Notes under the pieces: model-generated
Told to the model about the DNA's origin: nothing
The model's input: only the letters and a program-made list of their open reading frames with translations
Databases searched by the model: none
Assembly (NCBI RefSeq): GCF_006345805.1
Contig: NC_042998.1
Coordinates: 167,462,001 to 167,526,000, forward strand
Direction: 5' to 3'
Source of the DNA: Octopus sinensis
Taxonomy: Eukaryota
DNA length: 64,000 nt
Shown: in pieces, positions 25,046 through 39,192 of the stretch
Numbering within the stretch: position 1 is the stretch's first letter
How the letters are laid out: each line of letters opens with the position of its first letter
Position numbers and translations under genes: made by a program

Positions 25046-28000
25046 GGTTATAAATAGCAAAATACAACGAAAAGTAAAATGAAAAAGAAATAACATTGGA
25101 CGGGAACTCGGTTGCGCAGTTATAAATTATATTCCAAGCCACCATTAGCTTTAGTCATTAATCCAGTTTAGGTTCGTGATATATGACTTAATACATACGC
25201 CAGGACAAAGTTATGAACGTCATCCAGTTTGCTTCTGTTCTATGCATCCTCTAAAAGAAAAGACAAAAAATGAACTGTGTATTATTATACAAATATAGTT
25301 TAATAAAGCAAAGGAGGAAGTGAGGTATCATATCTTATAAAACCAACGTAGTTGTCTGTCTGCGTTTTGCTGACAGCTACAATTGTTCAGGCGGTGTCTT
25401 TTCATAGACATGGCGCCTTAACGCAAAGCCACTCGTTTTCCACAATCCTTAAATATAACAATCATTCAATTATTTAATAAGTGGTCAATGAATTATTTCT
25501 GCATTCAGGAGAGATTATTCAAAGTAGATACTTCTATGTTTAATCCAAGTTTGGACATAAGAGAAAATACGAGAAAGTCCCAAGAGAAGTACGTCGGACG
25601 AAAACTGCATTTTTTGGTAAATATTTGATAGAAATAGTGTAATTTATGGAGTGGTATTTAAGGCAAGACTAAATACATTAGGGGTAAGAATTTGATAATT
25701 AATTTCTGTATGAAAGTGTTTACTAGAATATATTGGTTCTAGGTTTTATTTCTCTCACTAAATCAGTCGGTTTTTAAACTAAATTTCAATATACAAATTT
25801 ATTTTTAAAAACACATTATAAGTTAGCATTTATTTAATGTAAAAATAAAATAAAAATAGAAAAGAAACTTTAAACGGATATTTTTCTTTTAGAGCGAATT
25901 AAAATTGAGGTAGAGAAAGCAATGTTGGTGATGTATTCACTAGGCAGCTTTGTAATAATTTTATATCACATGATTAAATCTGAAGTACATTTCCAATGGT
26001 GGTTTTGTTCATATACGGAATTTGAAAGGACTTTTTTTCTATATGTCGGCTCAGGTTTGTGAAATCAAATCGTTTCAGTTACCGAACGTTTTTATACAAG
26101 TCTTCAATTAGAGTGCATCTGTACATTAGTATCAACCTTTGTTGGTAACGAGTAAGTCATACATACATACATACATACATACATACATACATACATACAT
26201 ACATACATACATACATGTATACATACATACATCATACATACATACATACATACATACTACATACATACATCATACATACATACATACATACATACATACA
26301 TACATACATACGTACTCACTGACGTGCGTGTGTGTGTGTGTGTTGTGTGTGTATGTGTGTGCAAGTGTATTTTGATTTCGAATTTTCTAGAAAAGGTGGA
26401 AGTAGAAATAGATAACGCTTATGAATAATAAATAGCGTGTAAATATTTGGTTTAGAAAAAAAAACCCTTCGGTGGAAAAAGTAGCAGACTGTACGTAGAA
26501 TACCCATCCTCTGTAAACATGATAAACGTTCTACCATTATACCAAAGGTATCCTTTGAATTTCTCCGTCCATTTCAGGTGTTTTGTTCTTACCAACGAGA
26601 ATTGCATGTTGTTTACATCATAAGAATTTAGAAAACTTCAGAGACGTGAAACAAATCGATTTTAACGGTAGAACTCAAAATACACAAAGCTATAATAAAT
26701 AAAAGATAGAAAAATTGAAGATTGGCCACACCACTTTTTTTTGTAAAGTTATTTTCAAAGTTTTTGGACTTTATCATTCTGTTTAATCTTCTTTCCCCTG
26801 AAATTTTAAAAGGGTTGTAGTATCTTTTTGTTTCGCTGCCTATCCTTTCTTATATTATACTTATAACAACCAAGCAATCAAATTACTCTTTTGGTTCCTC
26901 GAAAATGCTGTTCTTGGTGTACCTGCTTTGTTTTGACACGCAAGTCTGTGACGATAAGTGTGTATGATAATATATCAGAACTTCGGGCTAGCGATACTTC
27001 AAACACTAGTGTAAAATTATACATAACGCTCCCAACCCATTAATTATCATAGATACCCTCAGCGTTGTTTAATCACCAGCATAACAGACGGTAGTTTTTT
27101 TAGTATGTCGTTCACAATGCTACTTTTCATCTTGTTTGAGAAAGATATAACAAATCTTTTGTGGGACTTGACTGAATCTAGTCAAATTGGAACGGACTGG
27201 ATAATATTCAAGTGAGGTTGCTGTAGACAACGGATTCAGACATTCAAATATAATAATAAAAAAAAGGAAAGGTTGTACATACATCCATACATACTGAAAC
27301 ATACTTATATGCTTGATGGAGTAGCTGTATTGTCCCATTCTAACATTTTAACAAAGTGAGGTGAACTTGGAGTAGATAAAGACCTCGTGATTTTATATTT
27401 AAGGTTAAAATGAATGCTTGGAAAAATATCTTTTTGGCCTTTATGTGGAATGCAAAACTACATAGGCCGTCTCTTTTATTTAGCAGAGGATAAAATAATA
27501 CATTATAAATGTGTACTGTATTATTATATTCCTCTCTTTCTCCCTTCCTTCTTTCTCTTCTTTCTTTTCTCACGTCCAGTTCCCTTTCTACTTTTTCTCT
27601 CTCTCTCACTGTACATAAATCTTCATACTCTCTAATAGCTTTTGTTTTTCATTGCCCCATTCTTTTCCCGTTATCAATTTTTGTTGTCTTTCTTCTTTCA
27701 GGTGACCGAGCAAAACTAGGGCTAGATTTTTTGTATTATTTATACACTTTAGATCTAGTTTGATGACATATAAAAACAAAGCAAAACAAATAGCGGTGAC
27801 AAAGTGCATACTGGTGTATGTGCACATATATATATAACTGAATGCATTTGTATCCATGTATATTCATGCGGCAGTATGAGATTTTGTTACAAGATTTAAT
27901 ATATCTTCAATATCTTCTTTCCACACCCTACTTCATTTGCAACACCTTGCCTGTAAGTATAAATAAACCTATCACTCGCTAACACTCAGTCATTTATTCA

Positions 28001-28264
28001 AATAATTTTGACTAAATGACCAACGTAACAGTCTTATAAGCGAGTAACACAGTAAACACTTCTCCAACAAGCCTTGTGGCTTATAGTAAATAGCAAAATA
28101 CAAGATGCTTAAAACTACATTCAGCAAATACATAAGGTGGGGGAATGTTTTAATAGCTAAGACATTTAGTTTCGTCCCTTAACATTCTGGGTTGAAATCC
28201 TATTCAACTAGACTTTACCTCGTATTTTTATGAATCGACTATACATCAGAAACAGATCATGAGA

Positions 28265-28308
28265 ACGCCAGACGCATTTCGGATTCATGAGCCTTGTCAA
28301 TGGCGTGT
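28265..28308 (-). ncRNA. Degenerate minimal hammerhead
   Basis: acgcca-TTGACAA-gg..cc-GAAA-tgcg-TC-tggcgt: stem I intact, core mutated. Confidence 0.4.
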
Positions 28309-29169
28309 ACATCAGACTACGTGCTTAGACGAGACTCGTCGCTTCCGATTTGTAGAAAAGCAGTGATTTTGTATATTTGGTGCGCCAGAATGTAATATAT
28401 GTTTCAATTAATTCTTTTTATTTGCTCCAAGCGCTGCAATGCATCCTGCATAGGTTCTTGATAGAATTTTTAAAAAACGTGTTTTATAGATTTTTTTAAA
28501 AGGCTTTTAGTCAGGGTAAAAGGCAGTACCCATGACTCCTTAGAGGACTTCTGAAACAGGTGGGAAGAAAGGAAAGATCTATCCTCACACCAGAAACCCC
28601 TCCGAACACTTATAAATGAGTGGACATTGCTAAAATCATCCAAGATGCCAGGCGATAGGGTTAAACCAGGCAAAGGGTTAAGTCTACTACTCAAGAAGTC
28701 ATGGCGAAAAGGTATGGAATAAATGCCGCCAGCATTCAGGCCAACGTTCTTTCAATTCCAATACATTCGCTGCTTTCTTCCAAGGAATCTAGTGCTCTTA
28801 GTTTAGTTTTTCCTTGGAGCTGGCCAGATTGGAGTAATCTCGAATATAACCAGCTGAAATTGCAAAGATAATCTGGAACTCGACTGAGGAAAGAAAACTC
28901 CGAATGACACGTCCTACACAAAATTCATATGTTTATTCTTGTCCGTCGTGGACGTGTCTGTAAGAGTCTATCAGGCACGCTATTGGCTGACTATGTGTAC
29001 ACATAACAAGACGTGACTGGTCGACGCAGCAGCTGCTAGTTGAGCAGCATTGTATAATTCTGCAGTTTTGAGTCGTGCTCACTTATAACGTTGTCACTTT
29101 ACAGTCTTACAGTGTAAGCAACAGCAGTGTACGTTATCGGCTTTTCGTTATACATTGTTATTACTTGTC

Positions 29170-29737
29170 GTTATGGAAGGTGAAGACGTTTTTGTTCGAA
29201 CTGAGGATGAAGGCCCTGTTGAGGAGGCTGCAACGGCTGTGAGTGAGGCAGAGGTTGCTCAGGTTGAGAGCCAGGAGTCACAGAACCCGTGGCCCCACGT
29301 GGAAGATAATTTATCCTTACGTCAAGGAATAAGAGGAACGCCAAAATCCTGTACTTCTGGTGCGTCATGTGCCAGCCTAAGGAAACCGCAATCAAAGGAC
29401 AAGCGACGAGCCTCTACAATTTGATGTCACATGTCAAGAGGAAACACCCACCGCATGCCATCCAGTTTGAGGAGAGGATAAAGGCCGGCTCTTCCGTGGG
29501 AAGCACCAGACAATCTTCTGGTAGTAGTGTCAGCAGCCAGTCGTTGTAGCCATGTGCAAAGAAAGCACGCCAACACAGTATTGTCAATATGTGGTTAAGG
29601 AGTCTACGGTTCCTATGTTGTGTTTAAGGAGTCTTCAATTCCTATTTCTAACAATGCTGGTGCTCACTGCACCCATGTCACTCTTAGTGACGATGAATTA
29701 TTTCCTTGTTGGTTTTAAATTGCTGCTAGCCACCTTG

Positions 29738-29801
<64 letters not shown>

Positions 29802-30130
29802 ATTTTAAGTTTTTAAATTTACAACTTCGTAGCATTTTTTAATTACAGATTGCTCAAGGATGTCCCCTGGGTGGCGACCACCACGATCAGCTGGGGATGA
29901 CAATACACTGGCTGGATCCCAAAACGCACACGAGACAACACGCAGTCCTGGTCTGCTCTCGGTTCAGAGGACATCACGCATTTGATGTTCTCGCCCAGAC
30001 TATGGTGAACACTCATGTTCCATCTGCAAGATAAGGTGATCAGGTCCACGACGAACAACGGCAAAAACTTTAAGACATTTGTGGAGTCTGGTAGAGAAGT
30101 TGAAATCTTGCCAGACATTCGTGAGGAAAG
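29170..30130 (+). pseudogene. hAT transposase remnant (BED finger and catalytic region)
   Basis: NPWPH...WCVMC...NLMSHVKRKHP (BED finger); WVATT...IHWLDP...CSRFRGHHAFDVLA...KVIRSTTNNGKNF (TTDNGSNF-like); frameshifted. Confidence 0.8.
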
Positions 30131-30214
30131 TTTTATAGATTTTTATGTATGTATGTATGTATGTATGTATGTATGTATGTATGTATGTATGTATGTATGT
30201 ATGTATGTATGTAT

Positions 30215-30626
30215 ACTCTTTACTCTTTTACTTGTTTCAGTCATTTGACTGCGGCCATGCTGGAGCACCGCCTTTAGTCGAGCAAATCGACCCTAGGACT
30301 TATTCTTTGTAAGCCCAGTACTTATTCTATCGGTCTCTTTTGCCGAACCGCTAAGTGACGGGGACGTAAACACACCAGCATCGGTTGTCAAGCAATGCTA
30401 GGGGGACAAGCACAGACACACAAACATATACACACACATACATATATATATATATACATATATACGACAGGCTTCTTTTCAGTTTCCGTCTACCAAATCC
30501 ACTCACAAGGCATTGGTCAGCCTGGGGCTATAGCAGAAGACACTTGCCCAAGATGTCACGCAGTGGGACTGAACCCGGAACCATGTGGTTGGTAAGCAAG
30601 CTACTTACCACACAGCCACTCCTGCG
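30215..30626 (-). mobile_element. OR2-like SINE, full length
   Basis: Reverse complement of the 5064 family. Confidence 0.9.
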
Positions 30627-31145
30627 TATGTATGTATGTATATATGTATGTATGTATGTATGTATGCATGTATGTATGTGTGTATGCATGGATGTATGTA
30701 TGTGTGTATACATGCATGTATATGTGTATACGTCTGTATATGTATATGCTTGTGTATGTATTCGTTGATATACTTTATTATTCACTGAAGTGTATGTTGA
30801 ATGACTTACATGCGGCTTTGTTATCCTTTATATTTCCTTGTTTCATTAATGGCCACATCAGAAGCAATGATAAAATATTTTCAGCGTTGTTTATTTGTCT
30901 TTGAGATTGCATGGTGAATGTCTCTCTCCGACAGTTTAAAATGTAATATTCACTCTGTAAAGTAGCGATAATAAACATGTTGGATACAAAAATAAACACT
31001 AACCATTCAATTAGTTATGTAGCGAGGAAGTAACTAGTTTCCCAACATCAACAAAATTCGACACAACACAACAATAACTGTTACAACAGCAGAAAATACG
31101 AAAAATAGAAATGACACAACACCAACATCAATCTCTACAAGTACT

Positions 31146-31191
<46 letters not shown>

Positions 31192-31837
31192 TGGTAGTGG
31201 TGGTGGTGGTGGTGGTGGTGGTCGTCGTCGTCGTCGTCGTCGTCGTAGTAGTAGTGTGACTAAAACGGTGAAACTAATGGACAAAGATAATTCGGTGTTT
31301 ATTACAGAACAACATACGTCTTTGTTCCTGCTATTAATTTGGCTTTTGTTGCAGAAGGTGCTAATGGTAGTGGTGTTGTGGATGCCATCGTTATTACCAA
31401 AGTCAGTATCGACTTCGTTATCGTTATTTCTGATTGCTATAAATACATCATGTAAGCATTTTTTTTTTTTTACTTTTCTCCGTCTTTTTTCGTTACAAAA
31501 CAAATAAATAAATAACTAAAGGGGGAAAGTACTGTTATAATAATCTACAGCCCGTGTCAGAGGTGACATGTGAAACCTTACAGGCTAAAACTAAACCTAT
31601 TTTGATTAATTTCTTCCAGATGGCATTACCTGCAACGTATTCCATTTCCGGTGTTTTTTACTTGGCATCACTGCACTGTATAAAAGAAAACAGAAACGAA
31701 GGAAAAAGTAAGAAAGGAAAAAAGAAAGAAAGAAAAAATAAACACAACAAACAAAAATGAAAAGTGTATTGTTACTCAAATTCGTTTCTTGGGCTTTTAT
31801 AAATAAGCAGCCGAGGAAGTGAAGTACTACATCCATG

Positions 31838-32041
31838 TAGTATATTTTCCGGTATACGAGTCGAATTTTTCAAACCAAAATCTACATTAAAAAAAGGTAG
31901 GTTGACTTATATACATTAAGACGATTTTAGAGGACCAAAAATTTCATTATCTTTTCATTTGGAAAGATAATGACAACATTTGAATATTTACACTGCAAGT
32001 TTACACTATATGAGTCGATTCGTATGCTGGAAAATACGGTA
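31838..32041. mobile_element. Old pogo/Tigger-type MITE
   Basis: Ends tattttccggtatac / gtatgctggaaaatacggta; an inverted homologue lies at 41143-41351. Confidence 0.6.
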
Positions 32042-32429
32042 AATGTAAGTGATGAATTTAGAATAATACAGATAAACATTTATGATCCGGAGGGGCAACA
32101 ATTTGATCGTCTGTGTATAGAGTTGAAACTTGTTCAGTCTGCACTCATACGAGTAAGACGCTTTTGTTTTATTGATTTCGTACATAAGTTACTAGCGAGA
32201 TATGTCGTTGGAAAGTGAAAGAGATTATATAACATATCTTTCGCACGGATATTAGAGGTGGCAATGAGGTGGATTAGTTTACTGTTGGAATAGAGAATGG
32301 GTCGCAGATTAGACTCGTTGGTAGATGATATTATGCTCATGCTGTTGAATGGGCATTATTGACTCGACATTATTAACTTAACTTGGGGCCGACGGTATCG
32401 ACATATACCCCTCCCTTCGAAATTTCTGG

Positions 32430-32620
32430 CCTTCATCATCATCCATCAGCCAAGTGCCCTCTCTGTGTCAAGACTTTCTTGTTCCCTGTCTTGTGCTGCA
32501 TGCATACAATCAACCAGGCTCTTGTTTCCAGTCCATTCTTTGAGGTTGTCATTCCACAAACATCTTTGACGATTTTTTGCTTCTCCTCCATACTTTTTGT
32601 CAAGATGGTCTTGGGGGTTA
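32430..32620 (-). mobile_element. RTE 3' fragment
   Basis: RQRCLWNDNLKEWTG...AQDR motif; gatgatgaag tail. Confidence 0.65.
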
Positions 32621-32869
32621 GAGTGGTAGAATATTAAAGTGTCGGACAAAATATCTTAGGGTATTTGTTCTGGCTCTTTAAGTTCTGATTTCAAATCCTA
32701 CGGTGGGCAACTTTTCTCACTTTAGGGGTTGATAAAATAAAGTACCAGTGCAACACTAAGGTTTGATATAATTGAGTATACACTTCTTCTACTTAAATAT
32801 TTACACGTGAATTAACTGCTAAGATTTTAATTTGAATTAGGCTGGACGTTATAAACTTCTGTTTGAAAC

Positions 32870-33505
32870 TGAAATTAGAATATGATATGGGCAATGGTTT
32901 CATCAACTATTTTGCAAGTGCGGCACAGCGGAGACACTTTCTCATTCCTCAGGTTGACCCTCTAGTTCGTGACCAGAGCTTGGTCTTGTACTGCCAGTAT
33001 AGTGCTCTCAGTCTCTTTTGTTAGGGTTCCTTTCATCAGCCAATCCCACCTATTTTTCGAGCAACTTCTGTTGTGGCTACATGGAATTGATTGTGTAGTC
33101 CATTCATGCATAGTTCTTCTTCATGTCTTTTTTGTACTTCTTCCTTTGTTTTCCCTTTTTCTCGACTGCCAATACTCCCTCGTTCCTAACTGTCACCAGC
33201 AAAATTTCCTACTTTGGGCTAAGTATCTCTTCAAACTCTTGAGTTCGATACGCACACCGTCTTCTACACTTATCAGTCCCCTTCCTCCATTTGCTCTCTT
33301 CATGTATAGGCGATCAGTGTCCGCACGTGAATGATGAACTCCGTGCGTCGTTGGGAGCTTTCTTGACTTCCTGTCCATCTCCTTTAGCTCCTCCTCTGTC
33401 CACTTCAGGATTCCAGCGCCATACCGAACTGCTGCGACTGCGCGTGAGTTTATTGCTGAAATTATGTTTCTGGCATTCAGCTTTGAAGCCAATATTTTTC
33501 TCACT
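32870..33505 (-). mobile_element. R4/Dong-clade LINE fragment
   Basis: SKLNARN...AINSRA...RLYMKRANGGRGL, WDWLMKGTLTKETESTILAVQDQAL, and CRTC...ETIAHI knuckle. Confidence 0.85.
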
Positions 33506-33729
33506 CGCCGCAGGTACTCACTTTTTGTCTTTTCCTTCCTTCTTCGTCTTCTTCTTCTTCTTCTTCTTTATCTTCTTCTTCTTCTTCTTCTTCTTCTTCT
33601 TCTTCTTCTTCTTCTTCTTCTTCTTCTTCCTCCTCCTCATCCTTCTTCTTCTTCTTCTTCTTCCTCCTCCTCCTCCTCCTCCTTCTTCTTCTTCTTCTTC
33701 TTCTTCTTCTTCTCATCATTATTATTATG

Positions 33730-33945
33730 AAAGGCGCCAAACTGGCAGAATCGTTAGCACGCCGGGCAAAATGCTTAGCGGCATTTCGTCCGTTTTTACG
33801 TTCTGAAGTCAATTTCCGCCGAAGTCAACTTTGCCTTTCATCCTTTCGCAGTTGATGATAAAATAAGTACCAGCTGAGCACTGGGATAGATACAATGGAT
33901 TAGCCCCCTTTCTCAAAATTTTAGGCCTTCTGCCTATAATAGAAT
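33730..33945 (+). mobile_element. OK-like SINE
   Basis: ctggcagaatcgttagcacgccgggc head and gcctttcatcctttc domain. Confidence 0.8.
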
Positions 33946-34119
33946 ATATTACAATATCATACGTTTACATATATTATTCTTCATACATTGTTGTATTTCG
34001 GGGTGGTAATTTTTTTTTATGGCCAAATAAGCACACGCACTAAATATTCGTTCTTGTATCTTATTGTATACAATTAAGTAATATGTACAATTTATCTAAT
34101 TGTAGTACAGTAAATAATA

Positions 34120-34520
34120 GGCGTAGCTGTGTGGTAAGAAGCTAACCTCCCAACCACATGGTTCCGGATTCAGTCCGAGTGCGTGGCACCTTGGACAAGT
34201 TTCTTCTACTATAGCCTCAGACCGATCAAGGCCTTGTGACTGCATTTGGTAGACGGAAACTGGAAGAAGCCCGTTGCATGTGTATATATTTGTGTGTATG
34301 TGTGAGTGTGTGTGTGTGTCCGTCCGCCTTCGCTTGACAACTGATGCTGGTGTGTTTATGTCCCCGTAACTTAGCGGTTCGGCAAAAAAGCCCAATAGAG
34401 TAAGTACTAGACTTACAAAGAATAAGTCCAGGGGTCGATTTCGTCGACTGACACCCTTTAAGGCGGTGCTCCATCATGGCCGCTGTCAGATGACTGAAAC
34501 AAATAAAAGAATAAAAGAAT
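34120..34520 (+). mobile_element. OR2-like SINE
   Basis: Full body with (aataaaag) tail. Confidence 0.85.
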
Positions 34521-34842
34521 TAGATAAATTGTACATATTAGATAAATAATTGAAAGGCTAACTGTTCATTGCTGGGTGTTGAAATATACACAACTTTGTC
34601 ATTAATTTTCAGCAAGAAACCAATCAATGGCAGAATCAGCGGCTCACCAGACAAAACGTGTAATGGTTTAATTATGTTTTCAAACGCATTAAATTCAAGG
34701 GCAGAGATCTGGGACAGAGAACTGGGGAAGATCTCTCATCTGTCCTTGCATCTAAGTAAGGAATTTTAATCAGGAATACATTTGTCTAAGTCAAACATTC
34801 CAATCAAAGCACCCTGAAGTCTGGTAAGTTATCTATATTGGG

Positions 34843-35155
34843 AGAAGGCGCGTGGCTTGTTGGCTAGGGTATTTGGCTCACTAGCGTAAGGCCGTGAGTT
34901 CGATTTCCCGTCACGCGTCTTGAGCAAGAAGCTTTATTTCTCGTTCCTCCAGTCCATTCAGCTGGCAAACATGAGTTGTACCCGTAATTTAAAGAGCCAA
35001 ACTTCTTACACTCTATGTTACACTGAATCTTCCTTAGAACTGCGTTAAAGATACGCGTGGCAGGGAAGTGTCACTTACACGTTAATTTTACGACCAGACT
35101 GTTAGGTTGATCGTATCAACTGGATCATTCGTCGTTGTAACCGACGGAGAGCCAG
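34843..35155 (+). mobile_element. SINE (head B + tail X), diverged
   Basis: ggcgcgtggctt head, cttgagcaag domain, gtaaccgacgga tail. Confidence 0.75.
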
Positions 35156-36001
35156 GCCATCTACTGCGGATACAATAAATTTCTTTTGATCGTTTCAATA
35201 TTTTATTAAATATGTTTTCCAGATATATATCTTGCATCTAGCGGGAGTTAAAAGAAAAAAGTTTAATTCTCGCTACTAGTCTATCAAGTTAAACAAAATA
35301 CATATGTAGTTGTTGTGTTAGACTTCTAAAATGACAGTGGTATTCATATTTTATTGGAGGCGGATGAAAATAAAAATAGAAATAATGGTAATAACATGTC
35401 AGAAAGTCGATGTGGTTGGTAACAAGAACAACATAAATAAGAACGCAAACAAAAGAAAACAATAATATAATAACAAATGTACCAGAAATATTTAATAGTG
35501 AAATTGCGAGAAAACTGTGATTAGACATAATGCCAGTTACTGGACGAAACAGAAGAAAACTTTCTCGACCAAGCACAATCGTGTAGGCAACTGTATTTTT
35601 AAAATATGCGGTGACAATGAAATTCTCACGTTCAAGCAGAGAAATAAAGCGGAAAGGCTTGTGAGGTGCTTACATCGTAGTGTATAAAAGAAAGACATTC
35701 AGGAACGGTGAAATAGAGTCACAAAAATATTCCGTACAAATGTGGATGGCCTTGTGTGGTATTTATATGGTACGGTATGAAAAAGGATATGGAACAGGGA
35801 AAGTGATCTGAATAAGGAAGGACAACGTAAAAATATATACTAGGCTGTTCTATATGTCTGGGACTGGTTCTACTTAATGTAACATCTATGTGGTGTTGAG
35901 ATGTGAGGATGTAAAAGCACATGAAGTAAACGTGTGTGGTGGTTGTGATAAAGAACTTAGTTTTATTCTCTTTAAATGTGTGTATCTGTAAGACAAAAAG
36001 C

Positions 36002-36408
36002 GCAAGAAAATTGGAGTTAAGGGTGAAAAGAAGTAAACTGAAATGTTTGAAGGTACGTGAAAACATTTCGTCTCCATTGACAACAAATAATTACAAAATT
36101 AACAACAAGCAACTACAACAATCACAGTCGCTACAACCATTATTACACCAGGAACAGTAACAACATTAAGCTGAAAAGTATTTGTCCAACCAACAATAGG
36201 TGCAAGAAAATTGGAGTTATGGGTGAAAAGTAGAAAACTGAAATATCTGAAAGCACTTGAAGACATTTTGTCTCCATTGACAACAAACAATTACAAAATG
36301 AACAACTGAAACAACAGAAGCAACTACGGTAGCAACAGTTGGTACAACCATCATTACACCAGGAACAGCAACAAAATTAAGCTGAAAAGTATTGGACCAA
36401 CCTACAAT
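36002..36408 (+). repeat. Diverged ~200 bp tandem duplication
   Basis: gcaagaaaattggagtta at 36002 and 36202; collinear downstream. Confidence 0.85.
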
Positions 36409-36519
36409 GCAAAAAAACTGCATTGGAAAACAAAATGAGAGGAGAAAACATGTCAATAAATACTTCAAGAAGTTACTGAAGACGAACAAAAATACAGCAC
36501 AACGTCATCCGGAGATCTC

Positions 36520-37513
36520 AGTTGTGTGCATTAAATAACTAGGATAGCCTGAAGTATTTTCGAGTTCTTGGCATAAAACTGTCTCATTCCGAAATAGTTT
36601 TATAACTGGAAAATTTACTGCATTTAATTGTTGAAAATTGCATAACGATCGATTGAATGATTATGTTATTGATGATTTTGTCTTCAATGCAACTTCAACT
36701 GCTGCTGTTTTCTTGCATTTACGAAGATGATTCTTTGTAATTTACAACTTATAAAATAATTCTTTCTGCTACAGTTGGTGCCCATAAACCATATAAATTT
36801 CAACGGTGAAAGACAATATTTCAACTGGTCTGAAGTTACACAGGAGCGCGCGCACAACACGCACGCACACACACACACGCGCGCACACACACATGCACAC
36901 ACACACGTATGAAGTATGTATATAAATATGTAGAAAATTAATTTTGTTTACAGATCCATGCTTGCAATCCAGTATAACGTCCTGATGTATTTGAGACATT
37001 GTCATATGATTGGATGTACCCGTTTGGTATCGAAATATTGTTTTCTTGCTGGGACCCTATATACTGCCAGCTAAATTCTTCGTCTCTCGGGGGAAGATGG
37101 AGATGAATTTAAGAAAACGTTCCGCCAGTGTACTTTCAGGAATTTTCGGGAAATTAAATATTACTTGATTAATATGTGCGTTATCCAGAATATTGACACG
37201 TATTGAAAAATATGAGATATTGATTTTTGGATGTTGACATTTTTATTGGATCTACTATTACTGTATCTTTTGTATATGACAGTCGTGGATATATCAGAAG
37301 GTGATATTAAATCTCATTAGCATTCTTAGTTAACGTTACGAAATCCTATGATTCTTCAAATACTTCCGTAAGTGAAGCTTCAGTATCTGCAAATGAAGGG
37401 TTCAAATGAAAAATTCCATGCAAGAGTAGAATAAATGTTGATAGTGTATCCAGATTAGAAGCAGCAGGAGTTGAACAGGAATGAACCAAACCTATAAAGT
37501 TTGCTGTCTTCAT
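36520..37513 (-). pseudogene. Decayed cadherin-like coding relic
   Basis: Hydrophobic leader-like stretch LLLHGIFHLNPSFA, then IRVNILDN...IPEST and KFSSYKTISE; many stops and frameshifts. Confidence 0.4.
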
Positions 37514-37939
37514 TTTTCTTTACAGAGTTTTTCTTGTTTTGTGTTTCACTAAGATATATCCGTTCCATTCCTGTTAAAAAATTACAAAATCCTATTTTGC
37601 AAAAATTACAAAAGCACATTCTGAAAATGATTCAAAACTACGGACACAACAATGAACGATGTATGAAATTAAGCGATGAAATACGAGATCAAATTCTGCA
37701 TCAAGCTTTTCAAAAACGTAAAGAAATATTCAATGTAAATTATTATAGATATTAATTTACCGGAAATGGGTTTTATGAAACAAACAGTTAAGTGTATACG
37801 ATTAGGCTTAGTTTTCTGTACGATAGAGTATGATGACATGTTTATCCTACAATTAGCTATATTCTATGAACTGTTTAACAGTTCATGCAGCTTGTAACAT
37901 CTCTTGATCATTGTATTACACGTATATAAAACTGCATAT

Positions 37940-38510
37940 TAAACGTGGAAACGCAAAGAAATAGTAGAGTGATGGACTGTGGCTGTACCAATTGTGTCAA
38001 ATGACGAGCATGAAGAGTTTCCGACTACATAAATCAATTACACACTAGATAGCGTAGTTTTAACATGTATTTTGCTTCTAAAAAGGCAGCGATTTCCCAT
38101 CAACCCTACTGCTATCTAATAATATAAACCCGAAACAACTCTCTCTAACTACAGGAAATTGTAACCAAGTATTCTCCAGATTCTTCGTTGCTGTCTTCAA
38201 ATTGGTTATTTCAAGATAAATTAATACGGAAAATAATATAAAAGGGAAGAATAGGGAAGATCTCGGTTAGAATGCCGGTAGACGGGTGACATTTCATAGA
38301 ACAGAAAATTCTCTCCCAATACATGCAGACATCATAGGACGATAGAAGTTAACTCTCAGCACATAAAAGGAGGCCTTGATGACTGTACAAATATATGATT
38401 CTTACATACCTTCAACATCTTTATGCAAAACCGGTGAACAACAAACATAATGCGGAAAATGCATGACTTGACCGTGTACAGAATAATGATATCCAACGTG
38501 GTCATAATAC
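37940..38510 (+). pseudogene. Possible decayed cadherin repeats
   Basis: TVAVPIVSNDEHEEFP, REDLG*NA, TVQIYDSYIP and VQNNDIQRGHN resemble cadherin motifs. Confidence 0.3.
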
Positions 38511-39192
38511 CTCACATTTCTGAAAAGATTCAATATAGTCAGCTTTAAATTTCCTTCCACATTTAGGATGCATTATAACAAAAGAAATAAAAGCGAATAC
38601 AGTAAAAGTCATCGTGTTATTCAAAGGTTAAACTTGTTTCAGTCATTGGACTGCAGCCATGCTGGGGCACCGTCTTGAAGTGTTTTAACGGTATTTCGTC
38701 CGACTCTATGCTCTGAGTTCAACCTTCGCTAAAGTCGACTTTGCTTTTATCCTCCCAGGGTCGCTAAATAAGTACCAGTTGAGCACTGGGGTTGATGTAA
38801 CCGACTTACCCCATCCAGGATTTGGTGGTCTTATGCTAAAATTTGAAATCAATATATAATTTCATCAAATAGTTCATATTTGTTTAAATTTAATTTCTCG
38901 TTTCATTTTAAGGCCTCAGCAATAAATATTTCCTGCAGCACTGGGAGGAATGTTTTCACCAGTACACTTCCAGCTACCTCAAAATATCTGGTTTTGTGTC
39001 TTCACCAGGAATCAATATATTATAGTGAGTCATTTTTATCTTGTGTTATATTCCTAAACACCCGTATTTCAGAGCAACTCACCTCCGTTTCTGAGATTAC
39101 CACATTGTATCCTAGCTGCATGCAATACCCAGAATTTGTAATCAATTTATCTTCCTTAACTCCCGTTTATAATCTGTGGGAGTTTGATTAAA

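Noticed and set aside
33501-33812. Poly-R/K/E protein
   Set aside because: (GAA)/(GAG) microsatellite.
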